Source of the DNA: an uncultured Actinomycetes bacterium
GTDB taxonomy: Bacteria > Actinomycetota > Thermoleophilia > Gaiellales > Gaiellaceae
Reading direction: 5' to 3'
Assembly (NCBI GenBank): GCA_963739525.1
Contig: CAVUAR010000005.1
Location: 358,915-422,914, forward strand
DNA: 64,000 bases
The notes below the pieces were generated by a model, which did no database searches, was not told the DNA's origin, and saw nothing but the letters and a program-made list of their open reading frames with translations. A program made the translations under genes and the position numbers. This document shows positions 53,798 to 61,404 of this stretch, one piece after another. Every line of letters starts with the position of its first letter. Position 1 is the stretch's first letter.

Positions 53798-54919
53798 CTA
53801 CTCGCAGAATCGCTTCATCGCATTGAACAGAGCGCCCAGGGACACCGGATACGGATGGTGCACGACGTACGCCTGCTTGCCGGACAAGGCACGTGTGATG
53901 GCATCGCGTTGCAACGCTGCGGCGTGGTCGACGAGGTAGCTGGAGGAATCCGGAAAGGCGAAGCGATACTTCAGATACGCAGCCGTCAGATCGAGGCTCT
54001 CATGTTGAAGCGAGAAGGCCATCCGGCGCGCGACCTCCGAGGGAGCGACGGGCTCGACGGTCACGTCGCGCCGCTCGTGCGCGACGAGGAAGAAGAGGCG
54101 GTCGAACGGAGCTCTCAACGCGCCGAGAGGGCCGAAGAGTCGTTCGGGCGTGACGTCGACGTACAGCTGTCGCCTCAGGAGCGCCGACACCCGCCCGGAT
54201 CTCGGGTGTCTCCAGGCCTCGGCTCTCAGGACGAGCTCGAGGGCGCCCAGCCGTGCGCGTTCGCCCTTTCCGATGAGCCGCTCGTACTGCGGCAGCTGGC
54301 GCAACTGCCAGTGCCAGATGCGGATCGGCTCGGGGATCCCGTGGACGCGGGCGCCGTCGCTGGTCACGTAGACCCACTCGTCGCCGACGTACTCTGCGCC
54401 GTGGGCCGCGAACGCGAGCAGCGCTTCCGTCTTCCCGCCCTTCGACCAACCTGTGGCGACGATGCCAGCGCCTTCGTGGACGAACGCCGACGCGTGGAGG
54501 GGCAGAACTCCCTTCGCGAGGAGAGTCAAGTTGAGGATCGGTACGAGAAAGGGAACGGCTGTCAGCCCGCGCTCGCAGACGATCTCGGTCGGCCCTCCGA
54601 TCTGGCTGAAGTCGATCTTCACCCGGGCCGGCGACTTGCGCCGGCTTCGGAGGACGAGGAAGGCATCGTCGGTGAACCCCGCCTCGTCCAGCCCGATGTA
54701 ACGGATCTCCGACGATCTCTCGAGCCGATCCACGAAGTGGATGACGATGTCCGGGTCGCGCTCCAGGGGAGCTTCCAGGGGCCCGAGCTGTCGTCGCACA
54801 GCCGCGGCATCGGCGGGACTTGGGCCCACGAGCCTGATGGCGGCCAGTCCGTGGAGATCGAGGTCGAGAGCGCTCGCCGAAGCTCTCGACCTCATAGGCA
54901 CTGCGCCGGCGAGCGTCAT
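53798..54919 (-). CDS. HPr-kinase-like (HprK-related) P-loop protein
   Basis: 373 aa. LPLHASAFVHEGAGIVATGWSKGGKTEALLAF resembles the HprK C-domain pattern (H-x-S/A ... G-x-S-G-x-GKS/T). ATGA overlap with the upstream NTase gene. Confidence 0.65.
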   Translation of the reverse strand: MTLAGAVPMRSRASASALDLDLHGLAAIRLVGPSPADAAAVRRQLGPLEAPLERDPDIVIHFVDRLERSSEIRYIGLDEAGFTDDAFLVLRSRRKSPARVKIDFSQIGGPTEIVCERGLTAVPFLVPILNLTLLAKGVLPLHASAFVHEGAGIVATGWSKGGKTEALLAFAAHGAEYVGDEWVYVTSDGARVHGIPEPIRIWHWQLRQLPQYERLIGKGERARLGALELVLRAEAWRHPRSGRVSALLRRQLYVDVTPERLFGPLGALRAPFDRLFFLVAHERRDVTVEPVAPSEVARRMAFSLQHESLDLTAAYLKYRFAFPDSSSYLVDHAAALQRDAITRALSGKQAYVVHHPYPVSLGALFNAMKRFCE

Positions 54920-56007
54920 CCGTGGCCGCGATCAAAGTAGAGACGCCAGATCCGACCAACCGCATCGGCGAGGGGTCGTGTCGAGGTCACATCGACGACG
55001 GACCGGAAGTCGCGGACTCCCGCCAAGCGGTCGAGGAACAAAGGGACGGAAGAAGGCGCCGGCACATCCAGGACCACGAGCCGTCCCCGCACTGCATGCC
55101 AGCGGGCCGCCATCAGGCCCTGGATCGCGTCCGCCCTGGATTCGCCCAGGCCCAGGAGGCGGTGTGGGAGACACCACCGACGCGCGACCGCGGAGGCGAG
55201 CGCGGAATCGGACGGGTCCGTCCGAATGACCAGCCCGCTGCGACACAGGGGCGGAAGTCTCGCGGCCCGCCGGAGGAGGGCATTTCGCGCGGCCCGGGTG
55301 CGTACACTGGCCGACTGGCCCCTGACCCATGCGGCGCGGACCGCAGGGGCAAGCCGCTCGAGTCCCGCCCAGTCGCCGGCCTGCGTGAGCTCGAAGAGCG
55401 CGGCAGCGTACCCGCCCTCGGAGAGCACCCGCTCGATCCCTAGAGCAAGCGGCCCCTCAGTGCTCGCCTCCACAGCGAGCTCACGCAGTGCCCGGCGATG
55501 GGCGCGCGAAAACGTCCCGGGGTCAAGCATGTGATGCAGCAGTAGCGTCCAGAAGGCGTCATCTGCTGAAAGAACGGTGAGTCGTCCCACACGGCGGCGG
55601 CGCTCCAGGCACCCGGCCACGGCATCGAGACGAAGCTCTTGGTGACGACCAAACGAGAGGTCTGTGACGACGTCGAGCTTGATCCAGCAGTCGTCCGCCC
55701 CGTCGTAGGCGAGGAAGAACGAATGCGATCCCCGACCATAGGTGCGCAGGCGCCCGAAACCGAGCGGCAGGAGGGCTGCTTCGAGCCGCGGGAGATCGGC
55801 GCGGTCGCAGAGTATGTCCACGTCCCCGGCAGGTGCGCCGAGCTCGGCTTCACCACGCAGAAGAGCCCAGCTGACGCCCGACCGGTCGAGAGCGGCGAAC
55901 GCCCGAGCGACGGTTGGCTGGACCTTCGGCCCGCCGGGGCCGGCCGTCGCCCCGGGGGTGGGGCCCGTCTCTGGCCGGACCGTCTTCTGACCGAGATGCG
56001 CGCGCAT
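54916..56007 (-). CDS. NTP_transf_5-like nucleotidyltransferase fused to an inactivated P-loop kinase domain
   Basis: N-domain WALLRGEAELGAPAGDVDILCDRADL...WIKLDVV (pol-beta NTase pattern). C-domain GLVIRTDPSDSALASAVARRW aligns with GFTVALIGPDGAGKTTVARRL of gene 51454-52179, but the GxxGxGKT residues are replaced. Confidence 0.6.
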   Translation of the reverse strand: MRAHLGQKTVRPETGPTPGATAGPGGPKVQPTVARAFAALDRSGVSWALLRGEAELGAPAGDVDILCDRADLPRLEAALLPLGFGRLRTYGRGSHSFFLAYDGADDCWIKLDVVTDLSFGRHQELRLDAVAGCLERRRRVGRLTVLSADDAFWTLLLHHMLDPGTFSRAHRRALRELAVEASTEGPLALGIERVLSEGGYAAALFELTQAGDWAGLERLAPAVRAAWVRGQSASVRTRAARNALLRRAARLPPLCRSGLVIRTDPSDSALASAVARRWCLPHRLLGLGESRADAIQGLMAARWHAVRGRLVVLDVPAPSSVPLFLDRLAGVRDFRSVVDVTSTRPLADAVGRIWRLYFDRGHG

Positions 56008-56009
56008 GG

Positions 56010-56657
56010 CTACTCGCCTGCGCCCCGGAAGATCGCCGGGACGGTCAGGAGCAGGATCTTGAGGTCAAGGGCAAACGAGCGGTGCTCGATGTACTCGATG
56101 TCCAGACGAAGCCGCTCGTCGAATGTTGTGATGTTGCGGCCCTTGATCTGCCAGAGGCCGGTGATGCCCGGCGTGACCTCGAGTCGGTACGTGTGCCAGA
56201 GGCTGTACGTCGTGGGAGCAAACGACGTCGGGCGTGGCCCGACGAGTGACATCTCGCCACGGATGACGTTCACGAGCTGGGGCAGCTCATCCAGGCTCGT
56301 CTTCCGCAGGGCCTTGCCGACTCCGGTGATGCGTGGGTCGTTGGGAATCTTGAAGTCAGGTGGAGGGAGGACGTTCAGGTGACCGAGGCTGGCCTTCAGC
56401 TCTTCGGCGTTGCGAACCATTGTTCGAAACTTGAACATCCGGAAGCGACGCCCGTCCTTGCCCGTGCGCTCCTGAGCGATGACGACAGGCCCCGGTGAAT
56501 CGAGTCGTACCGCGAGCGCACACAGGAGAAGGACCGGCACCACGACCGGGAGGAGCCAGATGCAGACCGCCAGGTCCAAGGTGCGCTTTGCGACCAGGTA
56601 GCTCCGATCGACGCGGGCGGTCCGGGCAAGTCCGATCATGACCTCTTCCGTGATCAC
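56010..56657 (-). CDS. undecaprenyl-phosphate sugar phosphotransferase (bacterial sugar transferase, small WbaP/EpsL type)
   Basis: One TM helix, then ERTGKDGRRFRMFKFRTM and DELPQLVNVIRGEMSLVGPRP. Confidence 0.85.
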   Translation of the reverse strand: MITEEVMIGLARTARVDRSYLVAKRTLDLAVCIWLLPVVVPVLLLCALAVRLDSPGPVVIAQERTGKDGRRFRMFKFRTMVRNAEELKASLGHLNVLPPPDFKIPNDPRITGVGKALRKTSLDELPQLVNVIRGEMSLVGPRPTSFAPTTYSLWHTYRLEVTPGITGLWQIKGRNITTFDERLRLDIEYIEHRSFALDLKILLLTVPAIFRGAGE

Positions 56658-57256
56658 GCGGCCGGCGTGCTCCGATGCTCGGGGGCGACCGGTGTCGGCG
56701 CAGGGCGATTGGCCGTGAGCGCGCCAAGGAGTGCCCCGCTCGTCATGCCGTCATCGGGGAACACCGCCGATGAGACCTCCGACCGTCCGCTCTCTCCGAG
56801 CAGCCTCGACAGCGGCTCGTGGAGCCGGTCGAGGAGAGCCTCCACCATCGTCCGGTCACACTCGGGCAGCAGCAGGTAGACGCCGGTCCCGTCGATCCAC
56901 ACACGGTCGACGCGTCGAAGGAGCGAGCTCACTCCGTAGGCGAGGTCGCGAACGGAGCTCCACTTGTTCTCGATCTCACGGCGAGAGGAGATACGGATGA
57001 GCGCGAAGTGGTGCCCGAACCTTCGGCTGCGATCGAGCTCCGACTGGAGCTCCTCCGACGGACTCCACCGCCGAGAGACGAGCTCGCTACCGGGTCGCCG
57101 TTCGTTCCCGCCCCACCTGAACGGTCCGACGAAGATCGCGAGGCGAGTGCGCAGCGACCTCGAATAAAGGCCGTGCGCATGCGAGCGGGAGCCGTTTCCG
57201 TTCCTTGCGGTCAGCCCTTCTGGGCTTCTTTCGTCTTCTCCTACAAACCTCAACAC
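56654..57256 (-). CDS. degenerate GGDEF-like domain protein
   Basis: GTG 57256 lies 6 nt after AAGGAGG. RSRRFGHHFALIRIS...LLRRVDRVWIDGTGVYLLLPECD follows the diguanylate-cyclase fold pattern, but DGTGV replaces GG(D/E)EF. Confidence 0.5.
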   Translation of the reverse strand: MLRFVGEDERSPEGLTARNGNGSRSHAHGLYSRSLRTRLAIFVGPFRWGGNERRPGSELVSRRWSPSEELQSELDRSRRFGHHFALIRISSRREIENKWSSVRDLAYGVSSLLRRVDRVWIDGTGVYLLLPECDRTMVEALLDRLHEPLSRLLGESGRSEVSSAVFPDDGMTSGALLGALTANRPAPTPVAPEHRSTPAA

Positions 57257-57338
57257 GACTTGCCTCCTTGGCGTTGAACTCTTTCGATCGCTGCATGCGC
57301 GCCTTCTGGCGCACGCAGCACGAGTCAGCCAAGGAGAG

Positions 57339-58412
57339 CTAGCCGGGGCGCTTGAGCTGGAAAGCGGGAGCGGGCCCGCGGAGTGGAGTCGTCCTCATCG
57401 AAAGACGACTTCCGAGGAGCTGGCAGACGAAGAGACCGAACAGCGCGACAAGCGCGCCGAGCGCGGCGCCGCCTCCCGAGCCGCCGCTGGATCCGCCGAA
57501 CACGCCTCCGGCTCCCCCGAACCCGAATGTTGTCGGGAACCAGGGGACCCTGTGTTCGAACGGAGCAGGCTGAGGCGCAGGTTGCGGAGTACCGGATTTC
57601 TCCGTATTCGATGGATCCGACGAAGCATTGGATCCGGAACCGCCGCCGCTGCCCGGAGCAGAGCTCGTGCCGCCGAGGAGATTGAGGAGGACCGGGGAGG
57701 GCGACAGGCCTGCGTTTCGATCGTCTCCGACGACCGGTGTCGGCACTGGATCTTGAGACGAATCTCCCGCGAGACCACCTCCCGTTTCGGGGATCCCCGG
57801 TGCCGGCGTGGTTTCAGGGGGTGGGTCGAGGGGCGGCGTGACAACCGGCGGGGTCGTCGTCGGGTCGCCGGACGAGGTCGTCGGGTCGCCGGACGAGGTC
57901 GTCGGGTCGCCGGACGAGGTCGTCGGGTCGCCGGACGAGGTCGTCGGGTCGCCGGACGAGGTCGTCGGGTCGCCGGACGAGGTCGTCGGGTCGCCGGACG
58001 AGGTCGTCGGGTCGCCGGACGAGGTCGTCGGGTCGCCGGACGAGGTCGTCGGGTCGCCGGACGAGGTCGTCGGGTCGCCGGACGAGGTCGTGTCGCCCGG
58101 CGAGGTGCCCGGATCGAGGACTTCGACAGTGTCGCCGGTTACAACTCCCAGGTCGTCGGCACGCGACTCGGCGACAAAGGCGAAGAGCCAGACGAGCGCG
58201 GCTGCGGTGGCCACGAGGAGCAACCTCCTCGTCCGCGCTCCGGCAGCGCAAGACACGGCGCCACGCCCGGCGGCGCTGTGCCATCTCGTCCCCGACTCCG
58301 ACTCCCTCAACGCGGCGTCTCCCTCCCCGCGGATGATGCATGACTGGCTGACCGACTTCGTTTCCCCACCAAACGTCGTTCCGACACGAACCAAAGGTGC
58401 AGACTTACCCAT
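57339..58412 (-). CDS. surface-anchored Ser/Thr/Pro/Gly-rich repeat protein
   Basis: Signal peptide RTRRLLLVATAAALVWLFAFVAESRA (alternative GTG start at 58256). 11 x SSGDPTT, a Pro/Thr-rich linker and a Gly-rich tract. C-terminal TM AALGALVALFGLFVCQLL followed by a basic tail. Confidence 0.65.
   Translation of the reverse strand: MGKSAPLVRVGTTFGGETKSVSQSCIIRGEGDAALRESESGTRWHSAAGRGAVSCAAGARTRRLLLVATAAALVWLFAFVAESRADDLGVVTGDTVEVLDPGTSPGDTTSSGDPTTSSGDPTTSSGDPTTSSGDPTTSSGDPTTSSGDPTTSSGDPTTSSGDPTTSSGDPTTSSGDPTTSSGDPTTTPPVVTPPLDPPPETTPAPGIPETGGGLAGDSSQDPVPTPVVGDDRNAGLSPSPVLLNLLGGTSSAPGSGGGSGSNASSDPSNTEKSGTPQPAPQPAPFEHRVPWFPTTFGFGGAGGVFGGSSGGSGGGAALGALVALFGLFVCQLLGSRLSMRTTPLRGPAPAFQLKRPG
57856..58086 (-). 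repeat. perfect tandem repeat, 11 x 21 bp (GTCGTCGGGTCGCCGGACGAG on the plus strand)
   Basis: Counted directly. All 11 units are identical and in frame, encoding SSGDPTT heptads on the minus strand. Confidence 0.95.
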
Positions 58413-58837
58413 GGTTACCAAAGTGTCAAATCTGGATAAGTCTTTTCCCAGCACGCCCGTGTCGAACACGGCCGGAGAAGGTCGATGCGCGAAGCCGGAC
58501 CCAGGCCTTGGTGCACGGAAGGCGAGCTGGCCTGAGCGGATCTAGACGCTCAAGTTCCACTTGAGCTTTACTGCTCGCGAGGTGTGGGCAAAACTCACTC
58601 CCATGCCGCGTCCCCGCTCGGTTTCCAGCCTCGAGTGTGACTGGAGGGTTCCCGCGAAGCCTCCGGCTCTTTCTGAGCATCCGCGGTCAGAGGCCCAACC
58701 GCGCTAGAATCGTCGCTCCGCGGCGGCGGCATTCTTGGCCGTCGGGCGGAGCAGGGGATTCGAAGCAGGACGTTGCGGCGAGGAATCACACCTAGAGAGC
58801 GCCACGCTCAATCGAGCGCGAGGCGCGTCGGCGAGCG

Positions 58838-59617
58838 ATGAGATCGATCATCGCCCGCCTTCGTCGATCTGCCGCGCCCGACCCGGTCAATCCGGAGCCG
58901 AGATCAGCGCTGTACGAGCAGGCCCGGCGGCTCGGGATCGAAGGCCGGTCGAAGATGAATCGCCGGCAGCTCGAGGCTGCCGTCGCATCTGCGCAGCGGA
59001 GGCGCCGCTCGTCGAGGTCGCTCGCCCGCTTCCGCCTCGCCCTTCTGTCGGCCCTCGCGCTGCTGCCACGACGCGGCGCTTTCCGATGGAGCTCCGTCCG
59101 TGGCGCGGCGAGCTTCGCGACCCTTGTTTCCCTTTTGCGCACCCCAGGCCCCCTCAGGGCGGTAATCCTTTCTGTCGCCGCCGTGGCAACGGGAGTCCTC
59201 GGCCTCGTCGTCGCCTACGCAGTCGTACCTCAGGAAGGCGTCGCCGCACAGGGGAATGGAAGCACGTTGCGGCTCGTCACGGTCACCGGCCCCGGAGGAA
59301 CGACGACCCTTGCGGTCACGAGGACGAAGCAGGGCAAGACGAGGCTCGTCCCAGTCCATGTTCTTCGAACCGTGACCGGCCCGGGTGGAGTGAGAACGCT
59401 GTCGATAGCCGTCACCGGCCCGACGGTGACCGACAAGGACGTCATCACGCAGATTCACCAGCACACCGAGACTCAGGTCGTGCAGAGCACCCAGACCGAG
59501 GTGGTGACGGAAACGCAACCCGTGACCGTCGTCGTCACCCAGCCGGAGACGGTTGTCGTCACCGAAACCGTCACCGTGGTAGAGACCACGACGGTCGTCG
59601 TCCCCCCTGGCCCCTGA
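58838..59617 (+). CDS. Rho_N-like domain / TM / Val-Thr-rich extracellular protein
   Basis: LYEQARRLGIEGRSKMNRRQLEAAV (Rho-N/SAP-like helix pair). TM AVILSVAAVATGVLGLVVAYAVV. The tail is VTVTGPGG / TVTGPGG / VTGPTV repeats, then TETQPVTVVVTQPETVVVTETVTVVETTTVVV. Confidence 0.55.
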   Translation: MRSIIARLRRSAAPDPVNPEPRSALYEQARRLGIEGRSKMNRRQLEAAVASAQRRRRSSRSLARFRLALLSALALLPRRGAFRWSSVRGAASFATLVSLLRTPGPLRAVILSVAAVATGVLGLVVAYAVVPQEGVAAQGNGSTLRLVTVTGPGGTTTLAVTRTKQGKTRLVPVHVLRTVTGPGGVRTLSIAVTGPTVTDKDVITQIHQHTETQVVQSTQTEVVTETQPVTVVVTQPETVVVTETVTVVETTTVVVPPGP

Positions 59618-59820
59618 CGCGATGCCGCGGGACCTTCGCCAGGTTCGCGATCACGGGAATCACACTCGCCGTTAGCCACACGGTAACGGCCACGCCCTCT
59701 ACGCTTTGCCGACGTCGTGAAGCGCACAAAGCGACTCGACAAAGCTACTCGAACACCCCTCGATAGGACGGCCGCCGACGTCCTGAGCCCCCGGATAGGG
59801 CGGTTGTTGACCTCCTGACC

Positions 59821-60048
59821 GTGTTCCAGAATCAAAGCATGGAGCGATTTGCGGTCCTGCGGCGGACTCTCCACAAATCGAAGCCGTCGCCTGCCTCTGG
59901 AGCCCAGCTGGCCGAGCAACTGCCGGCCGAGCGGGAGAGTGAAGGTGATTCGGCGAGTCGGCTCGGAGCCGTTCTCGTTCTCTTCATCCCTCTGGCCGGC
60001 GTCGCCTGGGTGGGAATCGGCTGGCTCGTCTTTCGGCTCTTCGCCTGA
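59821..60048 (+). CDS. small membrane protein (weak call)
   Basis: 75 aa. C-terminal hydrophobic hairpin LGAVLVLFIPLAGVAWVGIGWLVFRLF. No clear SD. Confidence 0.25.
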   Translation: MFQNQSMERFAVLRRTLHKSKPSPASGAQLAEQLPAERESEGDSASRLGAVLVLFIPLAGVAWVGIGWLVFRLFA

Positions 60049-60162
60049 AGGCGCCGAGCGGGTCGGGAGTGGTCGTTCGCTCTGCTCCCGGTCGAGTTAC
60101 TGTCCGAGATCGGTTTGCGCTCCTGGCCGGCTACCTCGTGGGCATCGGCCGCGCCGCGGCGG

Positions 60163-60609
60163 TCATCGCGGGCTGGCGAAGCGCAGCGTCGTGACTCCGT
60201 CGTCGCCGGTCGAGAACGAAAACTCGAGGCCGACCGAGGCCGCAAGCGGGTGCCAGTCGACCCAGAAGCGCTCGACGTCCTCGCGGCGCAGCCCGGTCCA
60301 GCTCAGATCCTCCTCTGAGGGCCACTCCACGCGGACTCGAACGCGCCTCGTCTCCGGAGAAGCCCACCGGCCTTCCCTTCATGGATACGAGTTCGAGCGC
60401 CGCCTCGCGCGCCATGCTGGGGCGCCCATGTCCGGCTCCCAGTTCGTCTCCGGCCCGGCGAACTTCGCGCCCAGCCACGACGACCAGTCCTCCACCGAAA
60501 GCCTTCGTTCGACGAGATTGGCGATTGTCAGGAGGCTGAAGCCGAAGGCGTTGTTCCTCGCGTACCTGGCGACGAGCGCGGAGTCGAATTCATCGGCGGC
60601 TTACGTCAT
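60163..60609 (-). pseudogene. possible decayed CDS of unknown family (about 3 frames)
   Basis: Protein-like minus-strand segments: DEFDSALVARYARNNAFGFSLLTIANLVERRLSVEDWSSWLGAKFAGPETNWEPDMG, then ...VRVEWPSEEDLSWTGLRREDVERFWVDWHPLAASVGLEFSFSTGDDGVTTLRFASPR stop. They are not joinable without shifts. Confidence 0.25.
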
Positions 60610-60643
60610 CCGTTCGGCGCGGCGCGAGTCGACCCTGCTCAAC

Positions 60644-60673
60644 AAGGAAGGGCTCATCTCTGAGCCCTTCCTT
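60644..60673. other. perfect 13-bp stem / 4-nt loop hairpin
   Basis: AAGGAAGGGCTCA-TCTC-TGAGCCCTTCCTT, followed by TTGACC on the plus strand. Possible terminator or 5'-UTR element. No adjacent confident gene end. Confidence 0.4.
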
Positions 60674-60912
60674 TGACCTTCGCTAAGTCCCTGTCGCTTT
60701 CGTCTGCTCTATCGGAGAGGCGTTCCGAGGTTCTTCGTTGCGCTTCTTCGGTAGAGCTTCCTTCTATTGACGACCGTTTCCTAGCGCACAGTCATCCTGC
60801 CCGACGGATCCGCCCGCCGCGTCGGGGATCGGCCGGATTGACGCGTACGTAGTTTCCACGGACGGAGATAGGGTGGCGGAATCGAGAACCACCTCGATCC
60901 ACGGGAGGACCG

Positions 60913-61365
60913 ATGCCCGCAGATGACCACAAGGCCTTGATCCGCCGCTTCTACGAGGAAGTCTGGGATCGGGGCAACACCGACTTTGCGTACGAGGTCT
61001 TCGCCGACGATTACATTCGCCATGACCTCCGGGCGACGGTCGCGCTGCCAGGGCCGGAGGGCCAGAAGAAGATCGCGGACGACTTTCGGGCGGCTTTCCC
61101 GGACCTGAGGGTCACCGTCGATCTCGTCGTCGGTGGGGACGACTACGTCGTCGGCCGGTGGACGGCCTCAGGTACGCATCTCGGCCCATGGGCGGGGCTC
61201 GCCCCGACGCGTCGTCACGCGACCTTCTCTGCGGCCAACATCTTCCGTTTCGAAAACGGCAAGGTCGCCGAGATCTGGAATCACCGGGACGACTTCGGGC
61301 TCTTCGAGCAGATCGGATCTCCGATTCACGCCGGGAGCGCTCCCGAGCCCTCGAAGCGCCAGTAG
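60913..61365 (+). CDS. SnoaL-like ester cyclase family protein
   Basis: 150 aa. ALIRRFYEEVWDRGNTDFAYEVFADDYIRHD ... ANIFRFENGKVAEIWNHRD is typical of the family. Confidence 0.75.
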   Translation: MPADDHKALIRRFYEEVWDRGNTDFAYEVFADDYIRHDLRATVALPGPEGQKKIADDFRAAFPDLRVTVDLVVGGDDYVVGRWTASGTHLGPWAGLAPTRRHATFSAANIFRFENGKVAEIWNHRDDFGLFEQIGSPIHAGSAPEPSKRQ

Positions 61366-61404
61366 CGGTGCCTCCGCCGCCACCCGCTGTCGGCAGCGGT
61401 CGCT

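Noticed and set aside
19349-56007. Lasso-peptide (paeninodin-like) biosynthetic cluster. An Asn-synthase homologue, an HPr-kinase-like kinase, a PF14907-type NTase, a sulfotransferase and ABC exporters are all present in the window.
   Set aside because: The genes are dispersed over more than 35 kb and separated by unrelated genes. I found no PqqD/RRE protein, no transglutaminase-type leader protease and no short precursor ORF next to the AsnB-like or kinase genes. The kinase and NTase are embedded in a glycan operon.
57700-57760. IPETG in the repeat protein as an LPXTG sortase sorting signal.
   Set aside because: The motif lies about 150 residues from the C-terminus and is not followed directly by the hydrophobic helix and basic tail. 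No sortase gene is in the window.
57856-58086. CRISPR array suggested by regularly spaced identical 21-bp units.
   Set aside because: The units are directly abutting with no spacers, are in frame within a coding sequence, and no cas genes are present. This is a coding tandem repeat.
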